DNA of 61,967 bases, filler included, from Collodictyon triciliatum (GCA_043381765.1; 5 parts of 5 records of this genome joined end to end with filler, not necessarily neighbours in it); one strand, 5' to 3'. Numbered from the whole stretch's first letter, positions 27,650 to 40,358 are shown. Program-made: numbers and translations. Notes: a model not told the origin generated them from the letters alone.

Positions 27650-30600
27650 CATTTGATATTTTATTTTTTTACAGCCCACTATCTTTTGGCGCAAACATCA
27701 TTACAACATATATATCATCTGCGGGTCACACAATAGACGATAAATATTCAGCCTCTGGATGTCTGTAATTCAATCCGATATTTTATTGTCTCGCCCAAAT
27801 CAGTCGCACGATGAACCATAGTAAACGGCAAGCTCCAAAGAGTTTTCTAATCATATCATGCATATTAGTTGTGTTTGATGCATAATGTGGTAACGGATTG
27901 GCAATTTACATAAAGAAAATTAGACAAGAAAATTAGAAGAAAAAAAAAGGGCAGCAAGAACTTATTCAGCCAAACTACTGAAATTAGTGACATATTCATT
28001 TGTATTTTCTTCATCGTTGCTTGGCCAAATCAGCTGAGGAAGGAAGCATCTATCCTCAGAGCAAGTCAGACTGCAACTCGCCTTTGACTTATTATGGTGT
28101 TCATCGAGTGTTCCAGGTTAGAAAATAGTTGGTCAGGGGGTGTTTCTAGTTTGTTTTTTTTTGGATCTGAAACTTTAGAATGAATAGTGATTAGTTATGA
28201 ACTCCTTCCAAAGTGAGTATTGTTGGGGACAGATGACACATTTGAAGTTCTTTCCATTTGGACAATGTTAGGAATGGAAAAAATATATTTTGATAGTGTC
28301 CTATAATATGGTTTATATATGTTGTCCCCCTCTTCTGATTGACTCTGAATGAAATGGCTATTTAAGTTGTTTTCTCCCAACACTAGAACTGTGTTAAATA
28401 CTATTTCCTTTTCTACTCTGATTGAATCCGAATCAAGTTTTGCGGCTTTTTTCAGTTCTTCACTTAAGGATACCTCTCGTTTATATTTGGCTGTACAGCG
28501 TTAGATATGGTACCCCCACTAAGTTTCAAAGACTTCAGTTTATCGGCCGTCAATATCAATTCGTTGCCACTTTTCTTTTGCAAATAACTCACCAGTTGGA
28601 CATGGGCAAGATCCATGACTTATTTTTCTTATTCGGGGACAGAAGATTTGCCTTCATCTACAAATTGTACGGATATTTGCTAAATTCATAAATATCTGAA
28701 ATATTAATAAGGTATTACTCAATAATAACGTCCACTTTGAGTTTATCTTTCACATCAATGGTCCTATCCTTAGCCCCATCGACCATCTTCAGGCGCAATT
28801 ATACATGAACAAAATCTCTCAGATATTCCATATACTCACCGTGATACATGCCAAGGAGATTTGGATAATCGATCGACATTAATTCATTTATTTCATATGT
28901 ATAAATCATTATTTACGCATATGTATTTGCTTCGTTTCTCTCGGTCTTTGTTTTCAATAAAATACCTGCATTCTCTATCACCATAAAAAAATTCTCTTCT
29001 TTTCGATAGACTCTAAATGATCTTACTATATTATCACCTCCTATGCATTCTTGTGATAGTTTACTCTCGAGCATCAGTGACTCGATTCCGTCTACCTTTG
29101 TTTGGCTTTCAATTTAGTTGTTTTCAAACGTCTGAATTCTGACTACTACCTCTTGTCCATTAAATTTTGTTTTGTATGTGTTCCCAAACGCTTCTTGTTC
29201 AATGTGTTTGACTTATTCTACCTGTTCGTCTACGAAGCTCTTTGACTCTTGGTCAATAGAGGACAACTCATTTTTTCATCAGCCTTTGTATCTTTTCTCT
29301 TTTACGGATTTGAGACCTCTCTGACATCCCTAAATAATTATTTTTTTTACATGTTGTAGTTTAATGGAGATTTTAATTCGCGACTCCTTATACCCTCCAC
29401 ATGTCACATTTTAAAAAATAATTCATTCCATGGATACCCGCCCCTGCTTCACAATCTGTGGGTTTAATTGATATTTTAAAGAACACCATTGCAATTCACT
29501 ACCATGCAAATTCACGAACGTTTCCACCATACCACTTAAGTTACTCAAGCGGCAGTTGGGACATTGGAATCGATAATTTTAAACGAAAAATGACCGAATA
29601 GACGTAACCTGCTTTGCGATGTAGCGCAGAAGTTCAAATGTGTCTACATATGAACTACTTCCATCGTCTAAATAACCATGGACATCGTATTTTTTTGGAT
29701 ATTCACACATATTATGTTTGGAAGAATGTGATACAAAATGAGTTCCTCTGGATTTAGTTTCATATCGTTCGATTCATTCAAGTCTATTGCCTTGAGATAT
29801 ATGACAGCTATATTGTTGAGAAAATCTCTTCGTATTGCGCTCCGAGAGTGTCTCCCTTTGTTTATGGAAGCGATGTTATAACGATGTTACTTTGGTCGGA
29901 AAGCTGTATTTCACCATTAGTTATCATGCAAGCAGAATTCTTGGCAACAAAGTTGAAGTCTGAATTTTATTCCATCTGGCAATTAAATTTTGACCATCTT
30001 CTACTGATGACGGTAACGGGACACATTATCTTGGTAGAATGAATTTCAACTCCAAAATAGTCCAAAATATTAACAATAGTGTCGAAGACATGCCCGTCCA
30101 ACCCTGGTTTCAACTCATCTTTGATTTTTCTGTCGGGTTGCTCGAAAATATAATCCTGTTAGACATTTTCCAGTTCCTTTAAAGCTGAATACACACCTAA
30201 AAATATTGATTAGATAAAGTGGGTCAAATGACAAAATATTCTCAACTGGACTGGCAGTAGAATACCACAATTGTGCCCAAGTCATGGAAATATTTCAGGG
30301 CACTTTTGCACTGGCCATTATTCATATCTAGATGCTTTTTGAAAAATAAGTATACCTCTGATATGTTTGAATAATCACTTGTTTTCCATAAGTATTCCAT
30401 ATAATTTTTAATGTGCCACATGAGTTAGGAACTCTATCATTAATATTTTCAATAACTTCATTCTTATGTAGATTACTTTTCTCATGTCTTCTCCTCTTCC
30501 ATCTATATTACTCGATTTGAGTACTGCACTGATGATATTATGCTTTTTGTTTCCTTCTATTAATTTCGTAATTTTTTTTTTTTTGCTTATTTAAAATCCA

Positions 30601-31960
30601 ACAGAAGGTTTTGGCAATTCAAGTATGTTATGGCAATAATTGCTCTTCACCCAGACGCTAAATTGATGAGTATTTTACTCCAGCATTTCAAAATGTTTTC
30701 CTCGTTGGTTCGGTCTAGCCTTCAACGAATCGGAGCAAGGGCACCATATGTCAGAAAGAAAGGACATGTCACTCGGAATTCTTTTTGGCCTCCAAAGTTG
30801 CATATTCGAACTGAAATAGTTTCTTCAGATTCACTTATATTTACATCGCGTTTATCTAGTTCAATTGAATAAACGTCGTTAGTTCTATTTATTGATATGC
30901 CGAATGCTGATAGTTTCCAGCTATTTTATGTGAATGATTTTGCCAATGCAGTTTTTCCAGCTCCTTCTTTTCCCAGTACTAGAAGTCTACCATGTCTCCA
31001 TTTTTTATGCCCTCGATTGGTGCTATTGGATAATCAAAGATAGCCTGACATCTTCAATGGCTTTTCTGGGATTTGCTTACAGAGTTTCAGTGTATAACTA
31101 ATCCATTTCTTAAACGCTTTGGTTCTCCAAGAGTGAAAGGTATCTCCTCTATCTACTAAAAAGTGAAGATGATATACTTGCTTTTGAACACTGATTTTAT
31201 TTCAGGCCATATCGCATGATAGAATCGTATCATAATTTGTACTCGACAGCATTAATAAAATAGAATAAATTATAAAGCTATATGATATGTATAAGTTTTC
31301 CCAAGTTGGTAGTTCCGGTGATGACATTCGGCACCTTGGTGACTTTTTTGAACCAAATGATGAACTCAAGAGATGTGTAATTGATTCATCAAAATATTTT
31401 AAAGAACCTCATTTTTCGATATGGTGATAGTTCTTATACTTGATATATGACCGAGCCATTTTGGATATTCAAATATCTGGATAATATATGATTGTATAAT
31501 TTGCTAGCTTTTCGATTTTAGATTTGTGCATTAAACTGTTTTCGTGAATTACTATATGATAGCGGATTCATCTAATTTAAAAATTAATTAATTGCAATTC
31601 CACCTTATTGACGGATGCATTCGGTTGTATAATTAAAGTCATTTTTGATACTAGGAATAAATACTTTGAGTTGCAATCCTTTTTTATGTTGCAAGTATTC
31701 TTTCAAAATAACTTAATCATATTCAGCTTTAGGGGGAAAAAACATTAACATTGATGTAGACTATTTGATTTTACAAGAACATAATTTGAGGGATTACGAA
31801 CCTTGCCTGATTATGGCTTATATTGAGGTATGCCAAGGTTGTCTGGCGAGAATGATTAGTTGCTATAGATGTTCCATCTATCTCGCAAACTTTGGAATGA
31901 ACCGTTGCTTTAGCTTTCTCAGGCGATGTCAAAGTCATTATGCTCTTCACCTAGAGTAGA
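27650..31960 (-). pseudogene. ROCO-family (LRR-Roc-COR-kinase) pseudogene
   Basis: LRR remnants (LAYLNISHNQ; IEEIPFTLGE). Roc P-loop RLLVLGKEGAGKTALAKSF* (30950-30973) and RICNFGGQKEFRVTCPFFL. COR-like ALKYFHDLGTIV. Kinase remnants IEQEAFGNTYKTKFNGQEVVV, YPNLLG, A(D)FGQA (frameshifted), LAE*VL, LPF...DLGETIK. Many TAA/TGA/TAG stops and frameshifts. Confidence 0.8.
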
Positions 31961-32334
31961 GAATTGAAGAATCTAGCTAATTAAATGATCAAATTATCAT
32001 TGCCAGTTTTAGTAATGTGCTATATCTTCCTTTTTTCTAGGAGTTTGCACCGAGATGCAAACGCTTCACAAAGAGCCTGGTTTTATAAAACCAGGGTGAC
32101 TATTCTGTTTTGCTCGCAATAATTACGGTGCATCGCAGCTATGTATTATTATTTTCGTGGTGTCACATAGTGTAATGGTGTATCATTACATTAGGCGGAT
32201 GAGGTTTAATGCACTTATCGGCTATCTTAAATCAAACATGTTAGGGCCACACCTCACCGCCAAAAATCAAGACTTTTTTCCTTTGTTGACTTTCCAAACT
32301 TTTATTTATGTGATGGATTTCAAAACGTTTTAGT

Positions 32335-34331
32335 TCAGAAGCGGTCAATAGCATCGTAGCTATTTGCTGCGATGTAATCACCCGCGATTTCACCAAGAAC
32401 GTGCGGTGGCAGAGTGAAGCTAAAGGAGAAAGCGTATCGATGGTGAGTGAATGGTTGGGAAACTAAAATAAATGGTGTAAATTTTTCTGACTTCTATGTA
32501 ACCACAGAGAAGAGGTTGAAATACGACAGGAATCTCCTCAATCAATAATGAAGGACCAAGAAGAATGAGATGATAATCTTAATACTAAGGGCCTATGCAA
32601 AAGATAAACCTGTCGACCAAAGGGCGAGCCAGAGGAACGAGCTCAGCACAGAGCTACAGTTAAATGAGTATATTCATTAAGGAAGGAAAAGAAATGTGTA
32701 ATTCCGATAAATACATCAACGCCTTTCTTTCTAAAAAAATTTGCAATCAATTAGTTCAAATTCATACAAAAACCAACTTGGTTTGTTAGTTCGTGGATTG
32801 CACGTTGTTTATCAGCAGCGAATAGTTGGTTACGTAAGAACACAGCGGAGTTGTCGCTACACTCACATAATTTCAATCGGCAATAGCATAAATAAAAAAA
32901 ATTCCAGTTTATCTTTTGAGTAGATAAAAGAGGAACACATCACACGACAAATGCCTCGGGGTAATATATAGAAAAGACTAACAATCTCCATAAGCTATAA
33001 AGACTGCGAAGGGTCCCAAAAACACGGGCTATATTTTCACAAGAGACTTTATTCTCTGCCTGCGAATAGCGTCGCATTTGTTCATTCATAAGTAATTCAG
33101 AACAATTTGTTTTAGACGAAAAAATACTTGATATACTTCTTAAAATGAATACTCCGAAATAGCAACATATGCATTTACAAAAAAGATTCAGGATTGCAAA
33201 AGTGTGGCTGTTGATGCCGCGTTACCTCGATAAACGTTCTCAAAATACCGAGCTCAGTGTAAGTTCGGCCCAAATCAACAGCAAGAGAGGAGCAATTATT
33301 CCAGGCGACAAAAGTATCTTTGTATTTTGTGTAAATTGATTATTTTTCTAATGAAATAGTTTTTTTCTATAAAAAAAAATAAAATGACGATGGAGATGGA
33401 GATGGAGATGGAGATGGAGATGGAGATAAAGATAAAGATAAAGATAAAGATAAAGATAAAGATAAAGATAAAGATAAAGATAAAGATAAAGATAAAGATA
33501 AAGATAAAGATAAAGATAAAGATAATGAAATGCATACCGTTGCCTTTCTTTTTCTCCACCTCTAATTTTCGAGCCAACTGACAGCCGAGACTGTCGACAC
33601 AGTATTGGAAAGCTTGCAGCTGAGATTCAGCAGAACGCAAGAACTGCTCGTCGCATCGGTCGCGTAGGCCATCAATTTGTGCATGAGAAGCAGGGCCTTT
33701 CTGGTATACACGAACACAGTCTCTACTTACCTGCACGGTTAATGGGAAGGCATTGACCAGGGTATCTTTGCTAAAATTGCTAATAATTTCAACAAAGTGC
33801 TCTATCTTTTATTTTATTTTAAAAAACAACAAAAAAACAACAGCTGTATGTTGACAGGAGGATACCTGTTGAAGTAGAACGAAATTGTCGCCTGTTTTTA
33901 TACATTTATGTCATATTTTAGATAAAACAGTCTTCATGAAATATAGAAATGTATTGATACAAACCCATACGCAATTATAAAAGCCATAATGAGAAATGTT
34001 AAAGTCGCTAAAATACGGATATGCATATTATTATTTTAAAGGAATAAACCTTCATATGTGGCCTGTACATCTCCATCGGCCTTCATAATACCGATGCGAT
34101 TGGATGACTTGAATCCTGAAATATTTTGGTGTCGATTGCCAAGTTCAAACAATGGCAAAAGGGTGAAAGTTAAGGGAAAAATAAAAAAATTCAGTAGATA
34201 TCATGGAATTGTCATGCATGGAAAAAAAAATACCTTGACCACCGCAAGCTTCACGACAAGTTTGCAGTGTCTCGATTTGATGCCAAGTGCATAAAGCCTT
34301 CAGTCCTATAGTTTGGGTGTTAGGATTCGTG

Positions 34332-34398
<67 letters not shown>

Positions 34399-37300
34399 AT
34401 TCAATAAAAGAGCCAACGGGGCTGTATGATAAACAATTTGAATTGCCTGATGCAAGCATATGTACTTCCTTTATATCCTGAAAATCACCAGTGGCCATGG
34501 CATGCTCATATTTCTATGGTATTTATATTTTATAAGAATTAGCGTGGTTGATTCAAAATAATACCACTTTGTATTCGATCACTTCAACCTATCTAGGATT
34601 CACATTATTGGGTTCGTAGTAATAATACCAAATTTTTTTTCCAAAAAAAAAAATTACCTCGCGTAGTTTATGCGAAGAAAAAATATTGACAAAAGTTGCG
34701 GCCAAAAGAGGGAAGAGACGCCTCTGGAATACGTAAATAAATTACTTGTTTTTTACAATCACAAATCAATCACCTTAGTACTGGTTGTCGTGGAAAGTAA
34801 AAGTGCTGTTTTCAATTCTTAAGAATGGAACGTATTAAAACGGTTGTCCATTTTTTTTTTTGACTTCAAACCTGCTGGCTTTGGTAGAATATGATGGGAA
34901 CTTCCTCTTTGCCAGGGGGTCCAAATTGCTTTCTTTGAAAAGAGTATTTGATTGCAGTCTATATTCGAAGAATACGCCAAACTCAATTTGAAATCAAGAG
35001 AAAATCAGAGCAGAGTCGAGGGGAAAAGGACAAAGGCTATTTTAAATCCTGAAATTGAGTGATCTAAATGAATAAATTACAGTCAGCCCAACTTTGGCGA
35101 TATTCAAACATCCGGAAACCATTCCAACGCGCCCGTTAATGAGATTACCTGTAGAGCATTTAAGCATATTGTGGCATAAGTAAATACATAAAACTCAAAT
35201 TCACGCAACACTGGCCATTTAAAAATTAATTAGTACCATCAGAGAGTAAAAAGTTACAATATGAGGGAATAAACTTATAAATGAAGACCAACCCAGCATT
35301 GCTGCAAATCTCATATCATTCTCGGGAATAATTGATTCGTACTCCCCATCTGCAGTCACGTTCCCAAACTGGTAATTTCATCAAGTTTTTTTTTTTAAAA
35401 AAAAAAGTTGATTTTATTTTATTTTCACACATTTACTTTTGCAAATAGGATGTTAAAATGGTATATTCAACCTTATAAGGGACATTCTTTGAAAGAAAGA
35501 AAAACCTTGTTGAGCAAGTGTTCTCGAGGAATTCGTACATTATTGAACCATATGCGTCCATTATCAACGCCATTTAAACCTTGATAGTAAAATTCCGATA
35601 AGTTTCTTTCTGTCTTATTTCGACTGAAATTCGAGACGGAGGCTATTTTTTTCCATTTACATGCCAATCATAGCAGATTACAAACCCATCTTGTGTCCAT
35701 TTTCCTTAATTCTAACCCCTGGGAGTGTCTTTTTGTTGCTGTCACGCAAAGGAACCAGGAATGCATGGACACCTTAAATTAATAAAAGAGTGTTTTGATT
35801 CGAATAAAGACCTTTGTCTCATGTCATCCAAAGAACATTTCATGGTATATTGTTGGAGAGCAATTGACTTCATCACAACCAAGGAATATTACCATAGTGT
35901 TGTCCCTTGAGATATAGCTGTGCAAAAACTGTTGACATTACAGCCGCCTCTGAATATTTGTTTTTTTAAAAATATTGCAATGATGGTCGAATATTATATT
36001 AATCGACATCATAGAGGAACGCTACATAATTATGCTTTTTAATCGAGGTAATTACCCGCGCATCCTCCTATTTTTATTTTAATGTCACCAAGCACGTTTA
36101 ATTAAATATGCCATCGTTGATAAATAAAATAAATCATGAAATCATATAGCTTAAAGCTCTTTGATCGAGAAATTAATTATGGTGAATATAGCTATTTCTC
36201 AGCGATTCTTTTAAAAGGTAATTAGCTTTCAGAAGAGTGAATATCTGATATTAAATTGAAAGAACACACCAATCCAGTATTTCTGCGCAGTCTCAGAGGG
36301 CGTGTTAATAATAAACTCTCGCGTGCTTTCATCGTAAACAGCCGTTGTTTCAATACCACGAACATTCGAGCCATGCCCCAGTTCTATTTTTTTTTGTGTT
36401 TGTTTGTGTTTTTGTTTGTTTTTGTTTGTGTTTGTTTGTGTTTGTTTGTGTTTGTTTGTGTTTGTTTGTGTTTGTTTGTGTTTGTTTGTGTTTTTGTTTG
36501 TTTTTGTTTGTTTTTGTTTGTTTTTGTTTGTTTTTGTTTGTTTGTGTTTTATTATTCTTTCGTTTTAAATACTGAAGAGGAACAAAAAAATTCGAGTATA
36601 ATTGTTGCTGCTTATTTGTCAAAATAACCTGTCATAGCAAAACATCCTGGAAGGCGGTAGGAATCGGCTTCTTTGAGAAATTTTTCGTGATGGTATTCCG
36701 TTCCAATGAGCTACCATTGATTCATAGTTTTTTTTAAAAAAAAAAATAATCATGATATTCAGTAGAAAATATGTGCTAGCTTAAAAAGGTAATCAACCCT
36801 GACATACTTTGATGCTGTTGGTGAACAGAATAAAGTGTGCGCCAATCAATGTCCCAAGTGAGGCCTCATAATAACTTATGGCTTCACCGACTCCGATGTA
36901 TTTATCGGCATCCCTATTTTTAAAATGTGATGAATTGATGTTTGTCAGCCTGACCCATCGTCTTCATAAAATGGAATTACAGAAACGTTTTCCCAAGTTT
37001 TTTTTTATTCTTGGATTTCGATAAAGTATGCGGGAGAAAAGGAAGTGAAAGAAGAAAGAGAGCGAGCCATAACTATACAAATGAATCAACAAACTCTGGT
37101 CTCCCAAGTGTGGTGACATATCCTAAGTCGATGAGTTTCTTGAGTCTCTGTCGGGTAATTTCGCGAAGTTCTTCCTTTGTTTTATTGTAGTCCAGTTTGA
37201 AAAGGGGATCGACGCGGAATAGGTCAAACAGCTGCGATGATGAAATATATTGAAAAAGAAGAATTGTTTTATTTTGCTCCTTTATCCGATTCAAAGAAGG

Positions 37301-37731
37301 TTGGCTTTATTTTATTCTTCTGACACAACTGATACCCCAATAATCAGAATATGAAACATATATGGTTTTTTTTTAAAACAAAGGCTGTGGGCAAAACAAT
37401 AATAATGAATGATTTGCCTCGTCTCTCCAGCGTATTCCTCGTGGATCAACTAACTTTGACATTGTGGCAATGTCGAAAACAGGGTGTGTCGTCTCACCGG
37501 CTGAACAATGGCCCGTGCAATAACAAAGAACACATGTTTAAGAAAAGGTATGCCTCATAGTTCAGCAAATCAAGAAAAGAGTTTGTCATAGAGCGAAAGG
37601 CCGAAAAAGTTAAAAAAAAATTATATAAAAGAAAAAAAAACACCTGCGTTTGTCCACTCGGCAGGGATTACGAATGGGACTTCGGGACGCACGTGGCTCA
37701 GAATGCGACGCAGTCTTTGTTGCGAGTCCAT
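32335..37731 (-). CDS. Peroxisomal acyl-CoA oxidase (ACX3-like), ~24 exons, N-terminal PTS2
   Basis: [24 protein letters not shown]...[74 protein letters not shown]-terminus [29 protein letters not shown]-terminus [14 protein letters not shown]. Confidence 0.96.
33388..33524. repeat. Compound (GAGATG)n + (GATAAA)n intronic microsatellite
   Basis: Direct reading. Confidence 0.95.
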
Positions 37732-38073
37732 GACTTGTTTCTCTTCATGGTCATTTTTTATGATAAAAAAGAAAAAGTGGAGTGAGGCCATAGAAAAATA
37801 TCTGAAGAGGTGGCGAATGCTTGGCCGTTCGAAGAAGATAACAATGCTCCTCTTATTTCTTTTCTTTTTTTTTTTTTTACTCTAGGAGGATTGTCTGCTC
37901 TTTGAGCTAATTCAATCAAATGGTGGAAGCGAGGCTGAGGTTTGATAGGCTTTGCTGCGCGGAGTATGGGAAAAAGGGTTTTGTGTGATTGTGGCGGCTG
38001 GTGGTGGATTTTGGAGATTGTTTATTCCTCTTTTGGAAATAGATTATAACGCAAAACTACAAAAAGTCACCTT

Positions 38074-38083
38074 ATGACGTCAT
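38074..38083. promoter_or_regulatory. Perfect CRE-like palindrome ATGACGTCAT in the divergent promoter
   Basis: 10-bp palindrome about midway between the oxidase ATG (37731) and the ATG at 38490. Confidence 0.35.
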
Positions 38084-38489
38084 CGAATAGGTATGACAAA
38101 GTTAAATTAAATCTGGAAAATATTTGTGTTTATACATGTCTAGCACAATATTATCATTTTAGTGTTATAATATTGAAATTGTATTAATCTATTGCAATAG
38201 CATGTGTAATGTAGTTAGTAATGACGAATCTTTAGCCATTTTCAGCCAGCCGATCTCTTTTTCAGTCCCATCCAGTTTTTCCCGCAGTGACCGTTTTGAC
38301 AAGAAACACGATCTGGGACTGAGAAAGATTCAAACCGAAAGAGCGGAAGTCTGTACATAACAAAAACATCTTTGGAGCGGGTTTGTGTGTTGCTTCGGAC
38401 ACGTCCCGGAGGCCGAAACATTGTGTTTCTCTGCGCCTTGTGGAGGTATTCTGCCGATTACTGAAACACTGGAACGTTCTTTGTCTCAG

Positions 38490-38896
38490 ATGAAGCTTTT
38501 TGGGCGATCTTCGAAGGACTCTCTCCTGGGCTCAGGTTTTTCTCTCTTGACATATGTCGCCCCTCGTAGTGCATCATTCTCATGATTCGTTCAGACATAA
38601 TGTTTCTAGTCAATTATGTTTCAATGATAATTTTTTTTTTACATATGTTATGGCCTTTTTTTTCTTCTTCTTCTCCAGCAAACCAAGACATACTTTATCT
38701 AACTGGGCACCTCGCATTGCAGTGTATTGTCTTCGCGCCTTGGCGTTTATTAACCTTTTTTTCTTTTATTTTTGTTGTTGTTGTTGCTCGCATACGCGTT
38801 TTAGGGTTCAAGAAGCTGTTGACTGATATCCGAGTGGCGAGCACGGATCCATTCTATGGTGGCCTCACTTCGCATAAAATCCCTATCCAACTCGAC
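38490..38896 (+). CDS. First three exons of an unknown gene, truncated by the contig join
   Basis: MKLFGRSSKDSLLGS|ANQDILYLTGHLALQ|WFKKLLTDIRVASTDPFYGGLTSHKIPIQLD|GTAATG, with GT-AG phases consistent. Confidence 0.55.
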
Positions 38897-39056
38897 GTAA
38901 TGCTAGAGTATCTAAACTTCTTAGGTAATGCATACTGATATGGAATATCTTTAGTCTTCGTGTTCAATTATTCTGATATAGCCATTTGTAAGATTAGAAA
39001 ATGAAAAAAAGAAGAAGAAAGGATAACAAAAAAAAAACGATAGCAACAGCATCATT

Positions 39057-39372
39057 AAAACAGAAATAAAACAGAAATAAAACAGAAATAAAACAGAAAT
39101 AAAACAGAAATAAAACAGAAATAAAACAGAAATAAAACAGAAATAAAACAGAAATNNNNNNNNNNNNNNNNNNNNNNNNNNNNNNNNNNNNNNNNNNNNT
39201 TAATTAATTAANNNNNNNNNNNNNNNNNNNNNNNNNNNNNNNNNNNNNNNNNNNNAGCAATAAAAAAGCAATAAAAAAGCAATAAAAAAGCAATAAAAAA
39301 GCAATAAAAAAGCAATAAAAAAGCAATAAAAAAGCAATAAAAAAGCAATAAAAAAGCAATAAAAAAGCAATA
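39057..39372. repeat. Two A-rich 11-mer arrays, (AAAACAGAAAT)n and (AAAAAAGCAAT)n, either side of the spacer
   Basis: Direct reading. Confidence 0.9.
39156..39255. other. Artificial contig spacer
   Basis: Same layout; genes on both sides are truncated. Confidence 0.97.
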
Positions 39373-39392
39373 AAGTAACGATAAGAAAATAC

Positions 39393-39870
39393 TTCCGTTC
39401 GGCCCCGTGATAAAGTTTATGCGAGGGCCCAACTCCACGTGCAGATTCCTGTGGCACATAAAGTTGACCAGCCTGACCTCCTCCACATACCCGCAGAACC
39501 GAACAGCAGGCGCCATACTCCGCACACTCCCGTTTGTTGTCGACACCGTCGATCGCGACTCAGTCGACCGCACATCCAAAGGGCGCTGAGTCTCGCCTGC
39601 GTCTTGGGCCTCTGCTGTGGACTCCGACTCGCAAACACGCTGGCTGATTTTCCTCGGAAGAAAGTCGGCTGCTTCGCTGCGCGTCCGCACAGTCTGCTCG
39701 GTCTCGGGCGAAGCTTCTCGCTGCCGCTTTTCGCTTGCAGTTGAGTCTGGGCGTTTGCGACTGTTTTGCCGCTCGCCGGGAGGCATTGATTTAGTCTGCA
39801 GCAGTCCCGCTCGGCCTACTTGGGTCGCAGTCTGCGTGATTTGTTCAGTTGTGTTTGATCGGCGACTCAT
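39393..39870 (-). CDS. SMC6: Structural maintenance of chromosomes protein 6, first exon only
   Basis: GYVEEVRLVNFMCHRNLHVELGPRINFITGPNGS (start of Walker A); NFMCH is typical of SMC6/Rad18. Donor GTATTT at 39392; the rest is lost at the join. Confidence 0.85.
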
Positions 39871-40199
39871 TTTTTCTTCTTTTTCTTGTGTTGTTTTTCT
39901 TTGTCTTGCAGTGGCGTTGTCTGCTTTTGGCGGGTTGGCGATATCTCACCTGACAAATATGTTTTTTTTTACTTCTCATATATTTTTCTTTTCGGTGCTT
40001 TATTTTTGTGCGTTTGTGTGTGTGTGTGTTTCAGGAACACTTCTGGCTCTGTGGCTCTATCGCTTTGCCGAGCGGGGACGCAGTGGGTAAACCTACACGG
40101 AGAGGAAGTGACAGGGTCAGACGGATTCTGCCTCTGCGTTGTATTGATTGGCCTCCGTTGGTATTGACTCACGCACGTAAAGAATCATATGCGCTAATT

Positions 40200-40358
40200 T
40201 GATGGGATGATGGAATGATGGGATGATGGAATGATGGGATGATGGGATGACGGGATGATGGGATGATGGGATGATGGGATGATGGGATGATGGGATGATG
40301 GGATGATGGGATGATGGGATGATGGGATGATGGGATGATGGGATGATGGGACGATGGG
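40200..40358. repeat. (TGATGGG)n heptamer array upstream of SMC6
   Basis: About 22 units with a few variants (TGATGGA, TGACGGG). Confidence 0.95.

Noticed and set aside
27650-31960. Stop-codon reassignment or readthrough explaining the ROCO stops
   Set aside because: All three stop types plus frameshifts and degraded catalytic motifs occur, and intact genes here use the standard code.
39057-40358. CRISPR-like array
   Set aside because: Head-to-tail repeats without unique spacers in a eukaryotic context.
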